Below are positions 63,942 through 64,000 of a stretch of 64,000 bases of DNA, piece after piece. Every line of letters begins with the position of its first letter. Position 1 is the first letter of the stretch. Made by a program: the position numbers and the translations under genes. Source of the stretch: Anaerolineales bacterium. GTDB lineage: Bacteria; Chloroflexota; Anaerolineae; Anaerolineales; Villigracilaceae. The notes under the pieces were generated by a model. The model was not told the origin of the DNA. It worked only from the letters and a program-made list of their open reading frames with translations, and did not search any database. The stretch spans positions 20,290 through 84,289 of the forward strand of contig DAOUBR010000079.1 in the NCBI GenBank assembly GCA_034432535.1, written 5' to 3'.

Positions 63942-64000
63942 CTATCGCGCGACCAAAATGACCGCGATGACCAGCCCGAAGAAAAGAACCGATAAGCCAA
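63942..64000 (-). CDS. 3' end (19 codons) of an unidentified membrane protein gene
   Basis: Minus-strand frame reads ..GLSVLFFGLVIAVILVAR-TAG, immediately before the terminator. Confidence 0.3.
   Translation of the reverse strand, partial: GLSVLFFGLVIAVILVAR

Noticed and set aside
63872-64000. Open frame continuing upstream of the family-5 binding-protein start to the window edge
   Set aside because: It contains a perfect 14-bp terminator hairpin and the 3' end of another gene in a different frame. MKKLRW plus a hydrophobic anchor at 63871 is a normal SBP start.
1-64000. Search for tRNA (including tRNA-Sec), rRNA, CRISPR arrays, transposases, integrases, and toxin-antitoxin or defence-system genes
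   Set aside because: By eye I found no T-loop/acceptor patterns, no regularly spaced short direct repeats and no recombinase-like ORFs. Absence by eye is not proof; tRNAscan, Rfam and defence-HMM scans would settle it.

Overview
64 kb, about 60% GC, densely coding bacterial chromosomal window with about 57 protein genes. I found no rRNA, tRNA, CRISPR array, transposase or phage genes by eye. Gene content points to an anaerobic, Wood-Ljungdahl-capable organism, possibly Chloroflexota/Anaerolineae-like; this taxonomic guess is inference only.

Main blocks:
- 1-6.2 kb: housekeeping and hypothetical genes, including ffh.
- 6.4-13.5 kb: one giant (about 2356 aa) secreted repeat protein, bracketed by copies of a nested-palindrome MITE-like element.
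- 13.9-22.7 kb: eight tightly packed minus-strand genes (amidase, FGGY kinase, CNNM/TlyC, small membrane ORF, selD, SPFH, class-III aminotransferase, class-II aldolase).
- 22.8-24.9 kb: response regulator plus a soluble cNMP-binding histidine kinase.
- 24.9-29.5 kb: gltX, rodA, minE, minD and minC.
- 31.5-34.7 kb: TetR-controlled NitT/TauT-type ABC transporter.
- 34.7-48.0 kb: carbonyl-branch Wood-Ljungdahl locus. A DUF3786-like gene and menA are transcribed divergently from small HMA-like ORF-cooS-acsB-acsD-acsC-acsV(RACo)-acsE-metVF.
- 48.9-57.3 kb: cell-envelope and exopolysaccharide genes plus a two-component system.
- 57.4-64 kb: RidA, DUF2233, DUF1385, M20 peptidase and a peptide/nickel-type binding protein.

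Strongest sequence-level findings:
- Two genes carry an in-frame TGA exactly at a catalytic Cys position, each with a downstream hairpin. One is a thioredoxin-fold protein (T-U-G-T-C) at the left edge; the other is selD (C-A-G-U-A-S-K). Both are candidate selenoproteins, and the ORF track truncates both.
- The acs locus lacks a cooC/acsF maturation ATPase. In its place are an uncharacterised HMA-fold ORF, a fused MetV-MetF, a perfect 17-bp palindrome before acsV, and a translationally coupled DUF3786-like/menA pair.

I found nothing that I can defend as a wholly new multi-gene system beyond these. All functional calls are by-eye motif and family recognition, not database searches.
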